A stretch of 64,000 nt of DNA from Antedon mediterranea (lineage: Eukaryota; Animalia; Echinodermata). Positions within the stretch are counted from its first letter, which is position 1, and every line of letters starts with the position of its first letter. Location of the stretch: contig NC_092675.1 of the NCBI RefSeq assembly GCF_964355755.1, positions 28,368,912-28,432,911 of the forward strand, written 5' to 3'. The notes under the pieces were generated by a model. It was not told the DNA's origin and did no database searches. It saw nothing but the letters and a program-made list of their open reading frames with translations. A program made the position numbers and the translations under genes. Below are positions 27,451 to 42,400 of the stretch, piece by piece.

Positions 27451-30400
27451 ATGGGAAACCAACTCACCGGTGTAGCACCTTCACAGATCTTACCGGTTGA
27501 GCACTATCTAACTGATGTGTCGGATTATTCATTTGATATTAGCCTTGGAAGCACCAGGTTCTTTAAAGTTGCAAGAGCACGATACAAGTGAGTATAACTC
27601 ACATAATAATGCTACTGCTGGATGAACAACTTTATTATACATTACTAGAAATGTGATAATTTTAAGATATAATTGTCCCAAAAAAATTATTTTTTTTTCA
27701 ATTTTGTTTTTTAATATGCCATTTAATGTCACATAATAGTTATTCACTTTGACCAAAAACTGGATTAAAAAAAACAATTATTTACCTGAAAAAAAAAATG
27801 TAATTTAAAGTAAACAAAGCCTTCTTTTTATAACTTATAAGTGAAATAATTTTTTTTTCTACATCTTTACCTTTAACTATTTTGATAAAAAAACTGTGTA
27901 TTACAAAGCTAAGTTTTTAGAGATTCATAGTTTGTTCTGTTTTGTAACTTTTACAGGGAAGGACTAACCGTTGTGAAAGTATTTGCTATACATGATCCAT
28001 CTCTACGTCTACGACCTTATAAGGAACATGTAGAAGACGTTGGATTACAACTCAAAGATGCTTCCAACTGTTTACCATTTGAACGCACTACAGTGAATAA
28101 ATCTATTTTATTTTAACCTGTCAGAGTAAAGTAAAGCTCTGTCTACACTATCAAACTTTATGTGACAAAAAAATGTGATGCTTCTATATATGGACATGAT
28201 GATGTCATATCACTACCATATTTGAGCATATCACTACCATATTTGGTTTGATAGTGTAGACAGAGCTTTAGGTTTGTACATGGTATACCAAGTAATTCCT
28301 CTTCAGAAGACAGAAAAATTCAACAACACAAATTAGAAAAAAATATTCTTTCTCAGTGGACAATATATCTAAATAATTACACATTAAGAATAAACATGCA
28401 TGAAATACTGTAGTAGAAAATACCATTTGCTTATTAATTTAGATCCTAATTTTATTACAGTTGTCTGACAAGGCAGCACTACTTTTTCGTCAATATGTCC
28501 GTAACAATCTGTACGACAGACTCAGTACTCGACCGTTTCTAAATATTGTAGAGAAGAAATGGATAGCATTTCAGTTGCTATGCGCTGTCAACCAAGCACA
28601 TAAGGTTAAGGTAAGTAGGTATGTTTTATTCAATGTTTATTTATTAAACTTTTAGTAGCAAAAAAAGCTGAATTGTCACAATATTTACATTAAATAAAAT
28701 GAATAAAATATCAAAAATTATAACAAACATTAAAGATATATTAATAATAATTTAATAATAATAATAATAATTTAGGTATTTGTATAGCGCCAGAATCAAC
28801 TCAAACGAAGTAAAAATCAAAGGCGCTTATATTGGATGTTAAAAAGATGCGTTTTAAGTTCTTTTTTAAAAATAGCAATAGAAGTTGATTTAGTAAAATG
28901 ACGAGGGAGAGAATTCCAAAGAGAAGCAGCAGAGAACATAAAAGACCTTTGTCCATAAGATTTGGTGTTAATTCTAGGAACAAGAATATACATAGAGAAT
29001 ATAAAATTATTTAAAAGCTTGATTTCATTAGAAGGTGATATTTGTGATTAATTTTTTTTTAATTTTAGCAACCATGGTGCCTCTGGTAAAAGTACACAAT
29101 AATATAAAAGGCACTTTAAACAAAAATAACCATTATCTTGAAAAACTGTAAACATTTTTTAAAGGATAACTGACACAATTAGAAATACTAGGAAAACACA
29201 AATTCATTTGAAACTGGTACTACTCTAAATAAAGACATTTCAAACTCAATGTTCTGATCTATTAGATCATTTTAAAATGTTTAGAAAATGTTTGAGGAAA
29301 AAAATATGATCTTAAAAAAGAAAAATTCATTCTGGGATTGTTGTGTGATATGAATGCCACTGTTTTGTTTTAGTTGTACCTCGCCTCTTTATGCCATATA
29401 TTCAAATTGCTTCTTTTTCTTTAAGGTATACCATGGAGACATCAAAAGTGAAAATGTAATGGTAACAGGTTGGAATTGGGTTCTGCTTTCTGACTTTGCT
29501 GGATTCAAGCCAACTTATCTACCAGAGGTGAATATCAGTAACCATTTTGACATGACATCTACAATTGAATTAGTTGAGAAATAATGTGTGCCTATATAGA
29601 ACCACTTTTTTGTTTATTTGAATTATATTCTGTTGCAGTATAGTATAAAATTGAATTTGCAGCGTTTGTTGAAAAGGGTTGAAAATTACCTTTCGTTCTC
29701 AATTGATAGTTTATTTCTGACTTTCTTCTCGGGATAAACCAACAAAGACAACACCACCATCATCATGAACCAGTATCTTCCTGTCCAATAAATCTAGCAA
29801 TACACATAACTTTTCTATTCCATGTGCAGTGGTTTTTTTTCTCTACAAAACGGTAAAATGCCATTTGATGTTTTTTAGGTTTATGCATTTTTTTTACTTT
29901 CAAAGTTTTATTATAAATCTTTACAGGATAACCCAGCAGACTTTTCGTTCTTCTTCGACACGTCTCGCCGTCGTACTTGCTACATTGCTCCTGAGCGTTT
30001 TGTAGACACAAGCCAGAAACAGGTTGATTCGCAGGCTGGGGAGAACTTAGAAGGTCTTCAGGAAGTTACAGACGTCAAGAAGGGAGAGCTTACGGCTGCT
30101 ATGGATATATTCTCTACAGGGTAAAATAAATTTATTACAATTTTAAGGTCTATTTTTTCATCCATCCATCAGCAAATACATGACTCTCACAGAGAGACGC
30201 ATTCTAAACAAAGTCTAAAGATCTGTCTGCACTATCAAACTAGTTTTACAAAAAAAAAAGTGTGATGTGCCGAAATATGGTAGTGATATACCCAAATATG
30301 GTAGTGATATGACATCATAATATCATATTATGTCCATATATATTTTTTTGTCATGTAAAGTTTGATAGTGTAGACAGAGCTTTATATGATGCTTTGGTAG

Positions 30401-33400
30401 TGGTGCTATATTGGCTGTTAGAATAATCACGTAATTGAGACTGAACCAAGCAACCTGGGACAAACATGTCAACCACCAAGCCACAGTACCACAATTATTT
30501 TTTAATACCAAACTATGAACTACTATGTTTTACCCTCTTTTAAGATCAAGGGGGATTTTCATTTGAGGTGATGGTGTTTAATAAGACAAATGATAGTATG
30601 AGTAGGCCCTAAAATTCAATTTAACTTTATTTAACCACGGAGGCCCAGGTCAACACATGGTTGTTCTTCCCTGGGGTTGTGCACACAATACAACAAAAAA
30701 TACAATTTTTACAATATTATGTTCAGTTTATGCAATATTATGTACAAAGCATTCTTTAAGGATTCATAATGTTATTAAACAAACCATTTTACGTACAAAT
30801 AGAATATACTAGCACTGTTCTAACATTGTTTGGTAACATTAAATATAGATGTGTGATAGCTGAACTGTTCACAGAAGGTCATGCCCCGTTTGACCTCTCA
30901 CAGTTGTTGGCCTATAGAAGTGGTCAGTACAGTCCAGATGCTATTTTAGACAGAATTGAAGATGTACACATTAAGGTAATGAAGTTTAAACAACTTTTTT
31001 GTTACATTTTTTGAAAAGTGATTTATTTGATTCTGCCAAGTGGTTAAAATCAGTTGCCTTTAAATGGCACTAGGGACTTTACGAAACACGACGGTTAGAA
31101 CAAGGATGACGAATATCCTGTGTTCGATAGAGCGTAAAATCAACTGTCGACAAAGCTGTTTTATTAGTTATGCACCCTTCCATGAAGATGACGACCGGCA
31201 GTATCTCTCTCCCTTGCTCGACCTTCTGGATTGCTTGGCTCAGGTGATACAGCATAGACCTAGCCTTCCTACCTAGAGGCCTCGCATTCAAACGCCGTGC
31301 AAAATGTTTTGCTTTTAACACAGCCATTTCAACCCAATAAAAATGTTATTTCATTAAACAATTAAATTAGAAGTTCAAATATTATTCAAAATTATTTTGA
31401 AAATTCCACATTTAAGTGTAATTTGAACTGTATACTTAAGGTTATATTTACGTTATTTTTAGTCGTTCTCCGCAAACGGGAAAATGGTAACTTTATCGTT
31501 CTCAAAAAGTTAAGACGACAGAATTTCACGCTAAGCTCTGCCTACTTTGTTAAAGCTCATGCATAAATTATTTATGAGCACCGTCCTGTGGCTTCCCGTT
31601 TTTCGTAAAGTCCCTAATATAGTACATAATGAAACCATAACAAACGGTAGTTTCATTGTCCTACAGGCATTAGTGAAGCATATGTTGCAACGAGATCCTG
31701 GATGTCGTTACACAGCGGAGGAATATCTTGTCAAGTGGCGTGATACGGTTTTCCCCGACTACTTCTATACATACTTGAAAGTTTATCTAGGTGACTTTGC
31801 TGCTATACCAATTATGCCATCCGATGAGAAGATTAGGAAGTATGTTGTTTCTACTAAATTACCTATTTTAAGGCCATACTACAATGAGAAAACAAAATAA
31901 AAATGTTCCATTTTCAACCAATTGTAGATTACAGTTTGTTTGTGATGTCATCAATTTTGTTGCTCATATCATATAAATAGTTACCCAATATATGCATCAT
32001 ATAGTTTAATTGTAAATGCTGTTGTGAGCATTATTATTATTGTTATTATTATTATTATTATTATTTTATTTATGTAGCGCTTTTCCAAATTAGTATAAAA
32101 TGATCAAAGCGCTTTACATCAGCAGACCCAACAATGAGTTACTTCTTAGGAAATAGATGTGTTTTGAGGGCTTTTTAAGATTTTAAAACCGTGGTTTGTT
32201 CCCGGATCACAGATGGGAGTTTGTTCCACATCACCGGTCCAAATTTTGAGAAAGTATTATTTCCAGAGGTCTGCTTTTCGAGACAGTGATCCAATCTAGT
32301 GTGATCTATCTCGGACCTCAGGCCTCTCTTAGCACATCTATACGCCCGTAAGAGATTGCTCAGATTACAGGGCGCATTATTATTTATACAATTGTAGACA
32401 TGAAGTAACACTTTAAAAGTGATTCTACTTTCAACAGGTAGCCAATGCAATTCATAAAGCAGAGGTCTAGAACTAACAAACATAGGTACTTGGTAAATTA
32501 ACCTGGCAGCCCGATTCATTCAGCATTTATATGACATCAAAAATAAAAATGTTTTTGATTTGATTACAGATTAAACATAGACATACCTTTGATTATTGAA
32601 ACTTTATCACCGTCCGTATCTGATGAAAGGATCGTCGAAGAGAGCAAAAAGGGACTAGTGATTGTTTTGTCGTTGCTTACGTCCTCCCTACGTACATTAC
32701 AAGTAAGTGGAAACCGGACACCCATTGGCTGATCAACAATGTATGTTTTTCCCCCAAATACAACTGTACCCACTTTGATCTTAACATTTACACTGAACTG
32801 CTCTTTTCCAGTATTCAAGTAGTAATAATCTGTCTACACTATCAAAAAATGTGATGTGCCCATATATGGATATGGTGATGTCATACAGTATCGCTACCAT
32901 ATTTGGTCACATCATTTTTAGACCACTTAGAGCTTCATAATAAGATAATGTAAAAAATGCAGTTTAGTAGTGACTAGGCACAGTATTTATATGTGTATTT
33001 ATATTTCTGTTTTGTTTATTTTTCAGTTTTGCATTTCCAAACTGGCTGGCCTTGAAATGCTTTATGCAATTGCTCAACATTTATCAAATGAGGTTATTCT
33101 TGATAGAGTCATTCCAAATATTGTAAGTTTCTTCAAGCACTATTAACACCCCTTCACCATTAATAGTATATTAGTATAATTACTAAGGTTTATGCCAACA
33201 GAAAAAAAAGACGTAACATTTAAATAATACATTTTTACATGTTTTTCCTAGTTGTATTTTGTTCAAGATGACTATCCTAGAGTTCGTGCAGCCGCTGTTA
33301 CAACACTCACAAATACTGTTGCTTTAGTCAAGTCTGTACCAAGGAGGTTAGTGAACTTAATATATGGATTAAATTAATTTTAAAATTGAAAATGTCTGGT

Positions 33401-36400
33401 TGGTTTTTTTTTAAATAAATTAAATATATTAGATCGAATCAGAATTTAAATATCTTGATTTTAAACTCAAACAAAATTTGTGTTTTTTTAGTGATGCTAA
33501 CATCTTTCCTGAGTACATACTACCCAAACTGGTAAGTGTAAGATTATCATATAGAGTATAACAACCACTTCTCATGGGACACCATCTTGGGTTCATTTTA
33601 TGCATGAATGAACACAATGTAATAAATGGAAAAAGAAGTTTATTCTAAATAGGCAACAGAACTATAAAACCATTTTATCTTGTTTCAAAATAGCTAGTAT
33701 TTGATGTAATTTATTCTATCACTTTCCTACGTAGACATCACTCGCCCAAGATCCTGTAGTTCAAGTTAGAGTTGCGTATGCGGAGAATATTGCTAAAGTT
33801 GCTGAAACAGCTCTAAGATTCTTAGAGATGGTTCAACTTGGCCAGTCTAGTCAAGATTCTGCAGAGGTGACCCCTAGTTCTAATGTGCAATATACAGTAA
33901 GTCAACCATTTCCATATTATGATGTGTGTCTACCCTGGGCCTACTACTGGTACAGTTATCGGTGACATTTGACAGCATCTATCAAAGTTTGTCTCCTTTC
34001 TTGTAACCACTGCCAAGGAGGTTATGTAGTCAATCGTTTGTTTGTTAGTTGACAGGATTACTCAAAAGTTATAGCCAGATCTTTACCAAATTGAAACCAC
34101 AGATAGATATGGAACACTTTTTATTACACAGCATTAAGGCACAAAAATAAAGCAAATATATATATTTTCGGAAGAAATAACTTTATGTAGGGGAATTTTA
34201 CAGTAGGCGGAGGTATGCACTCGCCTTTCTAGTTTCATATAATATTGATAGAAAATGTTTTCATAATTAATTGTTTGTTTATTTAACTTATCTTGTAGGT
34301 TAGCTATGATCTTGAACTTCAAAATCTACATGATATGATTCAATATATGGTTGTTCGCCTTTTAAGTGACTCTGTAAGTGTGAAATATTTTTGCCATTAT
34401 TAAAAATGAGCTTTTTAGCAAACTAAATTAGTGTACTCAAATAATCTACTGAATTTAGTTCCCTGTACTCAAATTGATTATTAATTTAGTATACTAAATT
34501 AGTGTACTAAATTAGCATACTAAATTAGTGTACTCAATCAGTATATAATTAATAGTGTACTCAATCAGTATACTCAGTTCAGCAGTCATGTTTTAAAATG
34601 TTATTGTCAATTTTTCAGGAAAATATTGTAAAAAGAACCCTTTTAGATAATGGTATAACCCAATTGTGTGTGTTCTTTGGTCGTCAAAAAGCAAATGACA
34701 TTCTGCTTTCTCACATGATCACATTTCTCAACGACAAGGTAAGCTTTATTTGGACACTACAATTTGTTACAATTGCACACTCCAAAAATGGACATACATG
34801 AATAAAATAATAGCTTAAAACAACCGTCAATGACAAATTTTACAAAAATAAAACATTTAAAGTAAAATAATTACAATCACAATGATTAAAATGGAACTAT
34901 GTATAAACAAGTGCACCTATTACTAGGTTTGTCCTATAATAAAAGTATTGAATTTTCAGCATGATTGGCACTTGAGGGCAGTGTTCTTTGATAATATTGT
35001 TGGTGTCGCTGCATATGTTGGTTGGCAGAGCAGTTTCATACTCAAACCTTTAATACAACAAGTAAGATGATTATTTAGTCTATATTTGGTCTTCAGCTGT
35101 GCTCGAAAATTACTATACTTACACAAAGAAATTCTTTTCTTGATTTCCTGATGAATTGCAGTTGAAAACAAAGAACAATAGGTCAAATGTCATAGAAAAA
35201 GATGACCAATGTTTGTTTATCCAGGTATTTGTGAAACTCGCACCATTTTGACTGCTTTATATAAATTTTATTTTCATTCTCAGGGCCTGGCAGATAGTGA
35301 GGAGTTTGTTATATGTAAAGCACTAAATGCTTTTTCTAGTCTAGTTGAAATTGGCCTGATTGATAAACTGCTTGTTAGAGATCTTACCAGTGAGGTTATT
35401 CCATACCTTTGCCATCCAGTAAGTACATTCACAATTGTCAACAATTAGAGCCTTATAATACTTTTTGTGTCTAGTCTACTGTGTATAGTGCTCACTAGGC
35501 CTAGGCTACTAGGCCTACCCAATTGTATTTTATTAAAAGTTTGATAGTGTAGACAGAGCTTTAAACAACCAAAACAACTCACTGTCATTTTGAAAATGAT
35601 AGAATGCAAGTTAAAATAAAAATCGCATTTGGTAAATAGGCAAACTGCCTTAAAATATGTGACATGTTTCGAGAATACTATTCTCATCATCAGAACTGAA
35701 ATCAACGCCTTGAGTACTTATATACCAATGCTTCACCATTCTGGATTCTGCAGATTCCACCTTTAAACTTAAGGTCAAGGAAGCACATCACATGGAGGAA
35801 ACCTTCCTTGAACAAACAAATCTATAACTTAGGCGTCACACTTGCCATATGATTGTTTGTGTTATTGGTATATAAGTACTCTAGCCGTTGATTTCTGTTC
35901 TGAAGATGAGAATAGTATTCTTGAAACATGTCCAGGTATTTAAAGGCAGTCACAAGTTTTAACTAAATGTTTGGTGGTATTGATATACATGGTTGATATA
36001 ATGTAATCAGTGTATGTAACCTCAAATAGTTGTATACAAATGATTTTTGATAATTAAGTTGTGCTACTTTTTCAGAGTGATTGGATTCGTCATGCTACAG
36101 TTGGTGTGGTTGCCACGGTTGCAAGAAAATTAAACAAAGCGGACGTCTTCTGCTATGTTCTACCACTTTTACAACCATATTTAAAGGAAAATATCATTCA
36201 AGTTGATCAAGAGGTAATAATATGGTTGCTAAATAGTGTGAATGAATGAATGAATGTTTATAAGTTGAATAGGGAAAATATTTTCATGAATAGAAAGGTT
36301 GACTGTTCTGTTCAATGAGGTGAAACCAAGTTGTATAGAAGAGTCGTGCTTCCTGAGAATATCTTGAATAAGACATGACATGTGCTTTTTATTTTAAAGA

Positions 36401-39400
36401 TAGATCATATGCCATTAATTGAAAATATGGGAATTAATACCACCTGTATTGTGAAGACTACAATAATCAATTTATTTAAATAATCATATTATTTTTTGTT
36501 TTTGAAGCCAATTCTTTTAAGTGCGTTACCGTCAGTACCACGTTCCATCTATGACTACATACTACTGTGTGAACACCATCTAAACTATAGTAAATTTAAA
36601 TAATAATTTTTGTTTGTTTTTGAAGCCAATTCTTTTAAGTGCATTACAACCGTCAGTACCACGTTCAATCTATGACTACATACTGCGCATCAAACATCTC
36701 AACCAACTACTAGATTCACTACAAGATAGGCAACTCATACGAAATATTACAAGACATGGCCACAAGCCTGATTACACAAGTGCTGAGGATCCTGACCTTG
36801 TCCAGGTAAGGGATGAATTTTTGGAAATTTATAGGAGCCCTCACAAAGCACACCAATTTTCATCTCCAGTGCTTTTGTATTGAGTGCTACCAACAAACGG
36901 CAGATTTGACCAGTACACCGGTGTAATAACCTACTCCTTCTGAAACATGCATTGGGTTCTTTTAAGTGCAAACGAGACCCTAGTTTGAAGTCCTTACCCA
37001 ACAAAAAAGTTTTCTATCACCAGAATTATGATCAAGGATAGCTGTGACAATGTTATGGTGTCGTTTGTGGTGCCACTGGCTGGTTCCACTCGCTGTAAAA
37101 CTATTGCAAGTTCACATCCTACTAGTATGTTATATATGATCGAAATGATTAAAAGATCAATGTATTAATTTGTAAACCATCTCCAATATTCAATATCATT
37201 TTTTGTAGGTTTATAAAAAATTATTTTCACAAGGAATGACTGATGACGATGAAGAAAAGCTTCTTCTCATGAAATGGATTTTACTGAAACTAAGCACTTC
37301 AAAGTTTGCGTAAGAATTTTGCTTTTTATTTATTAAAGTTGAATTTAGGATTTATCTGTTCTTATTTTTACATTTTTGGTGAATTAAATCTTATTATAAT
37401 CATTGTTTGTGTTTAGATTGTCGATGAACGAGTATGCCCCGACTCCTGATGGAGGCCTATTGAGCATGCCCGGATCCATTAACCTTGCGTTGAAGGTAGA
37501 CATTCAACGTAACCATGCTGACATGCTGAAACCTGTTAACTTACGCGCGGATGAGGGCAATAAAACAACAACTAAAAAACAAAAGAGAAGAGCATCACAT
37601 GTGGACTCAGTAGTGGTAAGGAACATAGAACAAAGATTTTTATTCTGAAGCTCTGTCTACACTATCAAACTTTATGTCACAAAAAAAATGTGACGTGCCC
37701 AATGGACATGATGTCATATCACTACCATATTTGGGAATATCACTGCCATATTTGGGCATATCACACTTCTTTTGTCAAACTAGTTTGATAATGTAGACAG
37801 TCTAAAAAAAATTTAATTGGATATAGCTTTATCTTGGTGTTTAAATAATATTCTTTATTGCTGTCATGCCCTTCTAGTGTTGAACTAGACAGTTTAGCGA
37901 AAGACAAATTATAGTGTACATGATATATGTAAGTACTATAGCATGAGATCCATAATTGGATGACATTCATTTGTATGAAAACGAAGTATCCTACTGAAAT
38001 GAGTGGAAATATAAAACTCATAATACCTCAATCCTATATTTAAAACCATAACCAAATTTGTTTTATTTGAGACCAAATTTATAGCTATATTCTTGTTCTG
38101 ACTGTTAACTATTTTTCAGAATGAAGAATGGAAGAGTATGTTTGGTAATGTTGAAGCATCAAAAACATTAAACAAGCAAACACAGTCTACAGCGCCAGTA
38201 CAAAAAGCACAAGAAGCTCATTCAAGTCTGGTAACATCTGAGGGAGCAGAGAGTGCCAAAAGAACCCCAGCAAACACAGGATCAGACCAACAACATGGAG
38301 GTTTTACAGCCAATGCACCTATAAGCATGTCGCAGCTTCAGGCCTCTACAGAGGGCTTAAGTTTAAAGAAGACGCCATCTCCAGAAGCTAAATCTGCCCC
38401 ACCTCAAAGTATGTTTTAATTGGTACTATACTCCATAAAGAATGATAGTTTTTACATCTTTTGTTTTTCTAGACAACAAACAAAATTGATAGTTTGAGGT
38501 TTTTTTCAAGAGGTCAAATTTGTTATTTTAATATCTTGCATATATTTGAATCATTCTTTACTTAATTTTCTAGTTCGACAAGCAGCCTGTCGTATTCAGC
38601 TTCGTAAAATTGTAGCTAAGAAGCGTGAGCAATACCAATCTAGTGAAACGAGACAGCGATTAATAGAATACGTAACAATTGATACCAAAGTACCGCAAGA
38701 CAACTGGAGGCCAAAGGGGCTTTTGATAGCCCACTTACATGAGCACAAGGCTTCTGTTAACAGGTAAAAATTGCGTTTTTAACCATCAGTTCTATGTTGT
38801 GTATAGGAAGAAGTTTGGTGGTGTCTTCTAACATCCTTAAAATGCTTTTTCAAATGTACCTCTTTAAGACGATCCCATATTCTTTATATTATTCAAATAG
38901 TGTACCATGTACTTTATTGTGCACATGTGCAATAAATACACACAATACAAACAGCTTTATGTTCCATCCAGAGAATGAGGCAATAAGAGTAATAGTGTAC
39001 AAGCAATATAATACAGTTTTAATTTAGTTAGATATCCTTACCATTATGTTATACTGCTTTATAAAGTGAAATGCTGATTGTATTAAAACAATTCTAATTT
39101 TGTGCAAGTGCCAATGTAAATGATTGAAATTCCATAGTGTCGTGTTTTCCCGATTAATCATATGATCAAAGAGGTACTGGGAATGATCAACTAGCGTTCG
39201 TGTTCCCACCTAATCATCCATTCATAGAAGTACTGATGAAGATATCAATCTGTGACGACAATAGAATGGACCCGATACCTGACTATCTTCGACTTTTAAA
39301 TAATAGAAATTTTTGAAACATTTGTTAGAAATTATTAAAAACAACTTCTTGTTTGCAGGTTACATATTAGTCATGATCACATGTTCTTCGCAACCTGTTC

Positions 39401-42400
39401 AAATGATAACACCGTCAAAATATGGGACTGTAATAAACTAGTTGGCAACAGTAACACAAACCGCTCACGACAGACCTTCTCAAGACAGAATGGCCGCATC
39501 AAGTCACTTACGTTCTGTCAATCCTCACATAGCATTGCTTCCGCTTCCGACGATGGCTCTTTGTATGTATTTGAGTAAGTTTGAATCTTTCGTATATCTA
39601 GCACACAGTATTGTTCTTTTTCAGTGAGTCTATGAGGCGATGTACTACAGCATTGTCATTCTTTTCAGTAATTTGCCTTTTGATTTATAACACTACTATT
39701 GTGTAATTATCAATTTTCACATTTTAGAATAGAAACGGAATCTCCAAAGACAACTCTCTTACACACCCGTAACCTTGACCTTGCAGAGGATGGTCATGCG
39801 GTTGACCTTAGTCATTATGATACAGGGTCACAGTCGGTGCTAACCTACGCAACCGTGATGGGAAAACTTGTGGGCTGGGATTTAAGAGCTCCTGGCGTTG
39901 CGTGGAGGCTACAAAATGACCTCAAATATGGTAATAACATGGTTTTTTTCTAAATTTAGTATTTTGTATTCTAAACTATGGAACAATCTCCCTGTTAAAA
40001 TAAAACATTCTGTATCTTTAATTACTTTAAAAAAAAGCTGTAAACCGTTACCTATTAGCCATTTAAACAACTTAATTTTGTTATGCTCAATATTTTATCT
40101 CTTTTCGTTTTTTGACTTATTTCATTGTTTTATACAATATTTCTTTTTATGTATTTTTGCATATTTGTATTGCAGGGGCCCTCATGAGACAAGCTAATGC
40201 TTCTAGTGCGGGCCCCAGTTATTGTCAAATAACTGAATAAATGTGTATGAATGAATGAAATTATATTGAATCATGTTTTGAAAAACCAAATTGTATTCGT
40301 TCAATCATTTATTCTAATTTGTAATACTGTACTGTTTATTTATATTTCAACAACATATACTTTAACCATTAAAGTAATGTATTTATGTTAATATAATTAT
40401 AGCATAATATTGCATGTGTATTCAATGACCTAACTTAAGTACACAGAGAAGTACAATGTTGTAATATAAGGATGTAACATAAGCCACTACTTTAAAGACA
40501 ATGAGAGATAGTCACGTATCATCTGTAATTGTATTGTTTATGTACAGTACATTTAGGTCTGTACGAATTATTAATGTATTTTTAACAAATCAATTGATTT
40601 TATCTCAAATATGGTGGGTTTTTTTTTAGAAATATGTTTTTCTAGACTTATTTGTGTGGTATTTAGTTACTATTTGTAATAATTTATTAATTTTAATTTG
40701 ATTAAAATTTATTTAATTATTTTTTTGAATATTTTCTCCTCATTTGTTTTTTTACAGGTCTGATTACTACATTTGCAGTCGATCAGAAGCAGTGTTGGTT
40801 AGCAGTAGGTACAAGTAGTGGCAAGCATATATGCTGGGACATGAGATTTCAGCTACCTATCACTACTATAGCACATCCAACTAGTACGTTTCTATGAAAT
40901 TTTACTATCTAGTACAGTCAGTGTCGTAACATTAAGACCTGAGGCCCCTGGTTTTGGAACCCTAAAGTGGCCCTCCAACGTTGAAGGCCTCAGGCGTTTT
41001 TAGCCTTTTTCGACACATTTTAATGCATGTTTCTTCCTCTGGGCACTACTCAGGGGCCCCATAAGCTCCAGGGCCCCTTGGTTTAGCCAGTAAGCGCTCA
41101 TAGCCGTTACTCCACTGAGTACAAGCAACTCTCCCAATACTGTACCGAACTCACTGGAAACTCTCCCAAAACCAGACTTCTTGAGGTTCAAAATAATAAG
41201 CAAATTTATTTTTACCATTAAAGACACATTTTGAATGCCAGATTTTCCGGAAAACCAGATTAGGCCAGCCTAAAGGTGTCCAGTATTCGAGGATTTGACT
41301 GTATATAGTTCTTGGTTATCAATTAACAAAAAATTTAATTCAAAGTATAATTTAAAAATTGTTACTGTTGCTTTGTTTCGTAGGTGCCAGAGTTCGTAGA
41401 ATAATGGTGAATTCACTTCATACATCTGGTATTATCTCCAGTATACAAGGAAATAATGAGGTTTCAATGTGGGACCTGGAAACTGGTGCACGGCAACTTA
41501 CCCTCTGGGCTAGTTCATCCCCGCCCCTGTCACAGAGTCAGGTGAGAAAACTGTGAATTATCAGTGTCATTCACACTTAGGCTAAAGCTCTATCTACACT
41601 ATCTAACTAGTTTGACAAAAAAGTGTGATGCTCCCAAATATGGTAGTGATATTTCCAAATATGGTAGTGATATGTTTTTGTCACATAAAGTTTGATAGTG
41701 TAGACAAAGGATTTAGTGAAACACTTTATCCTTAAAATTAAAAAAATCTCCTATGAGATAATACCAATATAAATAAAGTGTTTAAATAATTTTTCTAGGC
41801 CACAGTCCATGGTGTTAACAGTATGTACCACTATCCAACAAATGGAACAGGCTCAGCAATGATAACAGCAGGATCGGATCAGCGTATTAGGTTCTGGGAT
41901 CTGGCTCACTCGGCTAGATCTTACATCATCGCTGGCTCCGCTAATGATCCTCAAACACAACCTAATGTATCATATAAGTAAGTGATCTACTATTAATGTA
42001 GTATAGTATAACATATCAACCATCTTTTGGTAACAAATTAGTCCCCTCCACCAGAAGACCAAACCATTTGAATTTGAACTGAAGTTCATATTCTACACCA
42101 TGCATTAAAGCAATTTTTTTTTTTTAATTCAATTTTATTGTAATTGATTTACATGAAATTTAAGCCCATACAATAATTAAGGCATTTGAAAATATTGTAA
42201 AACAACTCAGATGTTTTTTATTTTCTTTCATGTACAAAGAATATCAGAATTGAATACTATTTAAAATAATCTAACCTTATCTTAATTTTAATACAAATTT
42301 CCTTATTGGACCAATAAGGACTCTGTATTCTGTATGAATATAGTAAGACAGATGCAAGGCTTCAATTTTTTATATAATTTTATATCATTGACATTTGATT

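Noticed and set aside
29426-29527. Non-canonical kinase motifs (HGD, DFA) in VPS15
   Set aside because: Normal for the VPS15 pseudokinase family.
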